From NCBI RefSeq assembly GCF_009914755.1, contig NC_060926.1: 64,000 nucleotides of DNA; one strand, given 5' to 3'. Each line of letters begins with the position of its first letter. Within the stretch, counting starts at the first letter, position 1. The notes under the pieces were generated by a model, which made no database searches, was not told the DNA's origin, and worked only from the letters and a program-made list of their open reading frames with translations. This document shows, one piece after another, positions 54,761 through 64,000 of this stretch. Origin of the DNA: the human T2T-CHM13v2.0 reference genome, Homo sapiens. A program made the position numbers and the translations under genes.

Positions 54761-57258
54761 GCACAACGTAATTGTTACATTTAAACCAATTTTCAAATTT
54801 AATCCTCATAAAACACCAGCAACAAAATCTATGCATTTCTATCAAGATTACAGCACCTTAGCATTCAACAGAATGGAGTAATCTTTTGAGGAGACATTAA
54901 GCAGGTGTTGGCCACTCCGTATGTAACCTACACTTTCTAAGAGTTCTATGGTGTCCTCATGGGGGATTATTCTCCCACCACTGTGCATGGGGCTTGGCAG
55001 GAGGGGCATTACCACTATGCCGCCTTTTACCACTGACATGCGTTTGAAATATAATTTGAAATTAATCTTATGCATCAAGGAAATTAGGACAAAATTTGGT
55101 AATTGCAGAAGCAACAGTGTCCATGTTAAGGCAGCGTTAGCAGGAGCAGTAGGAGCAGCCTCTGTTGTGCTAGCTAGAGGGATGGATAATGATGTTAGGC
55201 TCAGATGGCCAAGATAAATTCTGCAGTATTCAATATGCATGTAAACAATAACTGAGAAATTGGTACTTATAATGTGACTGTAGTCATTAGCATAATTTGA
55301 TGGTTAAAAACCCTTGCGACCTAGGTAGTTTTGGCCATTTATTAATAATAAAAGCTAAGACTTTTTAAAAAATTGAAAGAGATAGATAATAGACATATGG
55401 TCCTATCCATTCTTTGAAAATATAGGATTCTGAATAAGGCAGTGATACAGTTTGCCCAAAGTCACATAGTCATTGGCAAAGCTAGGCTAAAAGCCAGGCT
55501 TTTGAGGTTTAATTTGGTACTATATTTTATGATGCCATCATGCTTGCCAGATTACTTCTTACTCATTTTTATTTTTAGCATAATTTGAGAGTCTTTACTT
55601 TTTAACTTCTCTACTTAAAAAGAAGCCCTTATCATGTGTCATCACTTTTTAGAATAGATATTAAGAGTTTTGTAGATGTCATATATGAATATCATCATTA
55701 AAGATAATAAAATTCTTGTTTTAATATGTAAATAAGAATTGTAGAATGTAGAATCATATACAATGATATTGAAATTAGACTACAGTTCCAGCTATGATTT
55801 GAAAATTTCAATAATATTACCCTGCATACTGCCTTTATATGTTAACGCATTTTATGGATTTTTTACAAATATTTCTATTTTATGTACATTGGGAATTTTT
55901 AAAAGAAACATTTGGTTAGGTTATAACAGTCATATCAGATCAACTTGATGGGCAACAACTCTAAATAAAACCTAATTCATGATATTTATTTGAGGCCAAA
56001 ATTTTTAAATAAGTTATGCAAGTTCAAAATTCATGAGGCAGTGAAATTTGCAGCCTTTTAAAAAAAATCCAGTCCAGATTTGGTGGCAACCATGTCTTCA
56101 TCTCTATATATTTTCCAGTACTTTGGATCCATTAAAAGGATTCAGACAGGGCTTTGGTTTTTTTACTGCCATAACCACCATCAGAAAGGGAAATTAAAAT
56201 TTCCCACAGTGGTGTCAATCTCTGCTTCTCAGTCCATTCTATTCCAGTCAGTCCATGCTCAAGTCCGTTCCAGACTTGGACTTAGAACAGCAGCACAGTT
56301 CGAGCAAGAAGCCACTACACAGCTTACCAAATTGCCTTCCTATGAAATATTTGTTTCCAGAGTTTGAGTATGCAATTTGCTTTATTAAACTCTCTGTTTT
56401 TTCCTATTTACAATAAAGTTTGAAGTATTTTACAACATAAAAATTTACAAGAGTGAAACATTCAGTTATAGAGAAATAGGCCAAAATGTTTAATTCTTTT
56501 CATTGGTCTAATGATTATCTAAAAGACAAAGGACAGTTTGATTTCAGAGGAGGTTATAAATACATGAATATGTAGTTCTTTAACCAAACTGTTACTTAAA
56601 ATTACAGATGCCACTGCATAAATCTTTGCTGAGTGCAAAGAAATGTTTAAACTGTGTTTGATAATAAATTTCTGTAGGAAAAATTAAAGTCAACTCAGTA
56701 ATTATGAAATTAGTAAATGTGAAACTAAATGCCATGGACTATTATCAAAATAGAAGTCTACAAAAGAGAAACATGTAGAGATAAAATATTTAAAATTATC
56801 AGAGCTAGATTTAAGTATATTCTTCCACAAAACCTACACATAATAAGCAATGATACCATGGACCCAAATAATTTACAGTATCATGCATTTTACATATTGT
56901 AGGATCGTTTCAAAAGCACATCTACTTGTCTCTGAAAACAAACCAAAGGTTTTTGTCCTAGATAAAAGAGTACCAAAGAAAATATTTGGCAAAGCGTGAG
57001 TCAGCAGTTTCCTAGATATAGCCTTTTCTCTTGGTTAGCATTTTGCCCTGTTTACTATCTTTTTTGTTCCTAAATAGCTGCAGATAAAGGAGGCGTTTAC
57101 CTTTTGTATAAGCTAGGATGCTTTTAGCTACAGAAATGGAAACTCTAAAAAGAGCAGTTTAAACAGTACATAAATCGCTTGTCTTTTTTAACAACAACAA
57201 AACCAGAAGAAGTGGCTTCAGAGATGGTTAGCAGGTTAATGCTGTCATCAAATAATCA

Positions 57259-57950
57259 TGTGTCTGTTTTTCTAGGGTCAGTGCGACATTCTAGCAAGCC
57301 TGGAATTGGTCTGGGTTATTACTGAAATGAGAATTGCACCTTCAGACACTGTAATCAATGTATGAAACACACTGTTGAATACTGTAACCTTGTAACCATG
57401 AAGTTGGAGTTTCATGCAGCATGTACCGGCTTGTTTGCATTGCTCAGAGATAGCAGTGAGATTGATGCTATCTATGCACCTGGTCTCAGGATTGATGATG
57501 TGCCCAGAGACTCCCAGAGGACACTCCAATTGGGCTGGTTATGTAGCAACGATACGTTTAGGCCATCAGCAGAGAAGAAATCCCAGCTGAGACTCTATTT
57601 TGGGCACCCTAGTTTTGAGGGGCTTTACTACACGTCAGGTGGTTTCTGATCCAAGATAGCATGTCAGGAAGACCTTTACAGAGGAAGAATTGGATTTTGA
57701 ACCTGGTGTCTGGTGACTCCTTGCTGTGAGAGAAAGCCTTCAGCAGTGATTCATATCCTTACTTTAACACTGTTATGCTATTGTAGCTTGTTCCTGAAAT
57801 AAAGGGTAGATTTGTAAGCACTGTCATTTGAGTCTTGTGGGTCAGGGCCTGGACTAGGGTGATGCAAGTACAGAGTAAGTATCTCCTAAAATTTTCTGGT
57901 CTCAGCTTTGTTGTGGGTCTTCAGTGTCAATCAAACTCGTTGTCACCATT
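57259..57950 (+). mobile_element. MER77/MER68/MER21-group ERVL LTR
   Basis: TGTGTCTGTTTTTCTAGGGTCAGTGCGACATTCTAG...GAGAATTGCACCTTCAGACACTGTAATCAAT...AATAAAGG...TTTGAGTCTTGTGGGTCTTC. Confidence 0.6.
57843..57910. mobile_element. 68-bp hAT MITE (MER91-like)
   Basis: Starts CAGGGCCTGGACTAGGGTGATGCAAGT; perfect 8-bp TSD TTGTGGGT at 57835-57842 and 57911-57918. Confidence 0.75.
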
Positions 57951-58849
57951 AATCAAGTCGACTTCATCCTCAAGCTAGTTTACTACTGTCACAACATACC
58001 TACCAGTGGCAGTGGAAGATCCATACTTTCTCCTTCATACACAGCAAGAGACAAAACTTTGACTCCAGCAATGAACTATCAATTTTTCTTTTAATTCCCT
58101 TAATCTGGGATATTTCACCTCAATCACTAGGAGAATGCCAGGTCTTTGTTAGTTTACTAATCAGGATGGCTCTATAGAGCTGGTGTTAGTGTGAGTAGCT
58201 GGAAAGAAAAAATATTAACACAGAATTCTGTTAAGGAGGAGAAAAGAGGGAGGTCTGTGTTCACTTGTGCAGGCAACAGTGTCCACTTTGCCTTCTTACT
58301 GGCAGAAACATTAACTTAAAAGGGAATACACGCAGCTTATGAGTAAAATGCCAAATACTTCTAATTAAAATTAATGTTCTCCCACTTTTTATTTTCATGA
58401 GTTAACTTATGGGCTTAACTAAAAGTTTTCCTAAGAAAACCTTTCTATATTAATGCCTAATATACACCATTCACATAATAAAAGATCAATATCAAAATGT
58501 AGTAGCAAATAACATAGCTAAGGCAGAGAATTTAAATTAATGGCACTGGTGCTCACTCAGGTGTCAGGTGTTACCGTTTTTCTTTTATTGATTTCCATAA
58601 AACAGAGTAAATCAGATATTTGAATATTACTAATTTCTTGCCATAGGCATGGTATTTTACATGATTTAAAAATATATTTTAAAAGTGCATCTAAGGTCTT
58701 ATTAATGCAATTATTCTGCATTAAAATCTTATTCATTTGATTTGAAACTATTTAAAATTCAAATAATGCATGGTAATAATACTATTAAATGTTTTATAAG
58801 ATTTTGCAGCATGAAATCCTTCACCAGCAACTACTCATTTCAATGATTA

Positions 58850-59774
<925 letters not shown>

Positions 59775-60049
59775 ATTATTCATTTTATATTGCATTGTAT
59801 ACTTCAAGGATTATAAAAATGCCACTTGTAGTTTGTAAAATCATATATAAGTAAATAAGAATATGTTACAAATTAACAATATGTTACAAATAAATAAAAC
59901 TATGGTTCATACAATATGGTAAGGAAATGAAAACACATACAAATAAACTTGAGAGAGAATGAGTACCAAAATCAAAAAGTCTAGGAAAGAAGCCATCTAT
60001 ATAACTTGGAAATCCTTGTTAAAAATCTTCAAATTAATGTTTTGAATGT

Positions 60050-61580
60050 TTTATTATCAGAGTGAATTCATGTACATAATGACCAATCAAATAGCATAGA
60101 AGAGCTTAGGCTAAAGAACAGATAACCCTGTCTTTCATCAACCCTGTTTTCGCTTTCAAAAGACTTTTTCTTGTAGCCATTTGTCAATATTTTTGGTAGT
60201 TCTATCTAAAACTATAAGTAACATACATATCATTCTATTTTGTCTCTACATTGTCAGTCATTTTACATGCATTATCTATTTCATAGATTCTCTCACTTTT
60301 CCCAGGGGTCTGCTGCTCTTGTCTGGACAGGTCACTGCCCAAGCCCTCTGCACAGCTATCAGCCTAGGCTGCCCTTTACTGCCAGCCCTCTTTGAGCTAC
60401 TGTTTCCTGGAGCCCAATGGATACTCAAGATAGTCACAGAAAGAGCATGTGGAAGATTTATGTGCTAAATCACTACATGCCTCAAATTATTTTTATTCTG
60501 CCTTTATGCTTCATTGAGATTGATTGGAAAAAATTTCTAAGTTCTAATTTGATTTTCCTCAGAAATATAAATTTATTGCTCTATTGTCCACCATCCAGTC
60601 TTAAAGAAATGCCTACAGCCATTTTCATTTTTGTTCTATTGAAATTAATATTTTATTTTTTCCTCTTTGGAAGCTTATACGTTCTTATGTTTGTCCTTGG
60701 AATTCTGAAGTTTCAAGATAATGTCCTCAAATGGAGGTAATTTTTTTATTCATTGATCTGGATATTCAAGAGGTCCTTTCAGTGCAAAGACTTACAATTT
60801 CTTCACATATGAGAAATTATTTTATATTTTCTCATGATCATTTCCTACCCTCTATTACCTTAGTCCTCTTTTTCTATGACTGGCCATTGTCTTTTGTGCT
60901 ACTGGTCTGCACTATACCCAGGTATTCTTGATGGTATGTTTTAAATTACGGAAGGAAGCAGTGGGTGGGTTTCTTCTGCTGTTGTGTTGTGGTTTTTTTT
61001 TTTTTTTCCACATCAAATCTCTCTCTGAGGAGGAGGTTTTACCACTATATCTCTGCAGTGAGGAATAGAAAAGGCAAGGGGGTGATTATAGGCACTCTAG
61101 CAAAGAGCCCATTTGATTCAACTCCTTTTTAGAAGAGTCCCCAGTTACTGCTTCCATCCCAAGTGCTAATTATCAGAGTGCTGGTGCTCTGAGTTAACAA
61201 TGGGTAGGTGTACTAACTAACAAAATAGAGCTTTACACAGACCTCCAGGTAATCCTCCTATTTATAGCCACATGTGCCACTCCCTCTTACTCACTAGCTC
61301 TGAGATCAGAGCCCCTGGGAACTGCAGAGGAGATGTGAATGACAGCCGCCCTCCACTGCAGGTTCTTCATGAAGTATTTTGAGCTGCAGCTTCTAGGCCC
61401 AAACATTTAGTCTTTCAATGTGTCCCACCAACATTCTCTCTTCCATAATTTTTCTGCAATCTCTCATTGTTTGCTGATCATCTGCTTTGATCTTTTTGCT
61501 AAGTGTGTTATGTTTTGTCCTTTTCCTCTTTTATTCCAAGATAGAAGGCAAAAAAAAAAAAAAAATGGCAGGCATTTTGA
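60050..61580 (-). mobile_element. Ancient L1M/HAL1-like fragments
   Basis: T-rich antisense ORF1-like text (TTTCCTCAGAAAT...TTATTGCTCTATTGTC; TTGTCCTTGGAATTCTGAAGTTTCA). Confidence 0.5.
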
Positions 61581-62451
61581 CTTTCAATGCCTACATTATG
61601 TTATTAAATACCTGTTTTCCTTTAAATTATTTTTTAAACTTTTAAGTTCAGGGGTATCAAATTATTTCTGAAAGTAATTTATTATATGGAACAAATTTAT
61701 ACTGAAACCAGCCTAGAGAGATTTACTAAAGGAGATTAATTTATTTTAAATTATGATTTTATAATGTGCTTATTCTATTCCTGTTGTGGGGAAAATCACT
61801 TTCTCCTTTTCAGGATGGTAAAATCAGTCCCTATCTCAAAATAAGCAGAAAATCTATCCTGTCCCTACATCTGCCAAAGATATAAAATAAATGTCTCTAA
61901 TTATTTCACCAAAATGGAAAGGATATAATAGACAAAGTTATAAAGTTCAGAAAACCGAGCAGCGGTTGCTAGAAAGACTTTAAAAAGCAAGAAGAGATGT
62001 TTTTCTGAAATTACCGGAGAACATGTTATGATGTTCTCTGATTAAAAAAAGAGAAAAATATCATACACTATGTCTATGTAGGAAGCTGCAAGATTGGTCT
62101 ACAAAGCCATGAGAATAAAAATTGCAGTTTAATGAAATCTTGGAGAGTTGGAACCAAATTAAACTGATACAAAGCCCTGAAGCTTGAGAAAAATAGAGCC
62201 ATTTCCTTATTTAGATATACCAAATCCATATAGTCGATAAACATGATATAATTTCAACAGTTACCATTTTGTTAGTTACTTTCCATGAGACACAGCTTTA
62301 AGCACTGTGCTGATAGCACAACTCTTTGAAGTAGGTATTATTATTACAATTTAGCAGATGAGATAGTTAAAACAATACACATTAACTAATGTGTGCAGGT
62401 GACATAAGTAGTAAGTAGCATATTAAAAACCCTGCATATGTGAATCATCAA

Positions 62452-62760
62452 CAATCTGGAAGCCATTATCCTAAATGAATTATTGCAGGAGCAGAAAACC
62501 AAATACCACATGTTCTGACTTATAAGACGGAGCCAAACATTGAATACACATGGACACACAGATGGAAACAACAGACACTGAGACTACTAAGGGGCAGACA
62601 AGGAAGGGGGCAAGTGTTGAAAAACTACATATTGGGTACTATGTTCACTACCTGGGTGATAGGATCACTTGTACCCCAAACCTCAGTGTCATGCAATGTA
62701 CCCATATAACAAACATGCTCATGTATCCCTGGAATCCAAAATAAAAGCTGAAAATAAAAA
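62452..62760 (+). mobile_element. L1PA15/16-like 3' end
   Basis: CTGGAAGCCATTATCCTAAATGAATTA...CAGAAAACCAAATACCACATGTTC...TTGGGTACTATGTTCACTACCTGGGTGA...AAAATAAAAGCTGAAA. Confidence 0.9.
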
Positions 62761-62777
62761 TACTCATAATCATCTAA

Positions 62778-62964
62778 TTGTTCTCTACCCAGGCTGCACT
62801 TTAGAATTCTGCCTGAGAAGCTTTAAAAGAAAGAACAGAGATGGGAGGCATAGAGGGAGGGAGGGAGGGAGGAAGAAGAGAGGGAGGGAGAGAGGGAGAG
62901 AGGGAGGGAGGGAGGCAGGAAGGGAGGAAGGAAGGAAGGAAGGAGAGAAGGAAGGAGGGAGGGA

Positions 62965-62995
<31 letters not shown>

Positions 62996-63118
62996 CATAG
63001 GGCCTATCATTTTCTAAGATTATGCTTTAGATGGTTTGGAAAATGTCCAGGCTTTGGTGTTAATTTTAGAGAGATATTTAGGGCATTCTAATATATAGCC
63101 AGTGATGAGAACCACTGT
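62778..63118. mobile_element. MER5-family hAT element (a second fragment ~63126-63240)
   Basis: TTCTCTACCCAGGCTGCACTTTAGAAT...ATTCTAATATATAGCCAGTGATGAGAACCACTG. Confidence 0.6.
62852..62997. repeat. Purine-rich compound microsatellite (GGAG)n/(GGAA)n/(GCAG)n
   Basis: Direct reading of the sequence. Confidence 0.92.
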
Positions 63119-64000
63119 CCTAAATCAATAATTCTCAAGCTTAATGTGCATATGAATCCCAGGGGAAAGTTATTAAGATGCAGGTTCTAAGTCAGGAAAT
63201 GTTGTTGAAGCTGACTCAAAACTAAAATTCCCTGGGCCATAAGCAAAGTCACCTGTAAGTTACCTTGTATAACAAGCTTCTTTGAGGAATGTCATTGAAA
63301 GAAGGTCTTTTGTTACTAAGAAAACGACTTAGGATAAATAGCAAAAAGGTTTTCATTCAATTACAGAGAAAGTATGTATCATTTAAAAGTATCCCTCAAG
63401 TAACACTTCAAGTAGAGAACCACGAAATTTATGTGCAGACAGGAAAGAGCTGGGAGAGGAAAAATTGAGAGTCTTCAAGTAAGAAATGGGTCAGGAGAAG
63501 TGATACTGTGAGCACAAAAGGAAGTGTTAACATCGAACAGAAAGAAAGTCACTGTTCCCCTGAAATTGGAAGAATAACAGGTGCCAGTCAAAACACGTTG
63601 CTTCAGGGTAGGCAGAATACTGATGGAGTTTTCCTCTGTTCATCCTTGTTGGTTCTGTGAAATAAGAGTAATGTTTTACTGAGAAGAATATTTGTAGAAT
63701 TGGGATCTTGAGGAAAAGATAGAAGATTAGGATAATTGCCAAGAGATTAAGAGAATGATCTGACTAGAAACAACTTCAAGGATTGCCAGGTAGAAATGTG
63801 GACAGAGCTCTGGCTGGGCTGGAAATCATGAATTTGTGAAGGCACCACACAATTTTAATGTCTCCTTTAAACAGCACTTCACAGCACTAAGCTGATGGAT
63901 GGATTCAACCAAAGATGGGGCTTTGTATTAGAAAATAAGTGTTAGAATATAATTGTTGTTATTGCATATTAAATATTTAAATTATATTTCCCAAAGATCT

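Larger units (their letters stand above)
57107..58100 (-). mobile_element. Old MLT1 (J/K-like) LTR split by an ERVL LTR
   Basis: TGTATAAGCTAGGATGCTTTTAGCTACAG...GCTGTCATCAA | resumes ~57960 CTTCATCCTCAAGCT. Confidence 0.5.

Noticed and set aside
54322-54771. 149-aa Cys/Leu-rich ORF
   Set aside because: Overlaps a decayed L2-like fragment; composition fits a chance T-rich frame.
62669-63091. 140-aa Arg/Glu/Gly-rich ORF
   Set aside because: Translation of a purine microsatellite plus an L1 tail.

Overview
AT-rich, gene-poor primate (human-like) nuclear DNA, intergenic or deep intronic, built mostly from transposable-element relics. I find no intact protein-coding gene. The long ORFs in the track are decayed retroelement frames (ERV gag/pro/pol, L1 ORF2) or chance frames in Alu, LTR12, L2 and microsatellites. 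Main contents: a 36-nt tailless U2 snRNA retropseudogene (164-199); a truncated ERV1 provirus with MER52-like LTR and tRNA-Pro PBS fused to a Tigger1 end (1617-6811); an L1PA7-like copy that begins exactly at the ORF2 ATG (21177-27020), joined to an internally inverted LTR8 and interrupted by a full solo LTR12 with 10 CCAAT boxes and by a 5'-truncated Alu; an ERVL gag-pro-pol relic (37050-39590); a four-level nest containing a twin-primed L1 (39590-43385); and an old local duplication (49190-50372). Subfamily names come from my recall of consensus sequences and need RepeatMasker/Dfam confirmation. I cannot support a new biological system here. The best leads are structural retrotransposition fossils and a possible LTR12-driven transcript.
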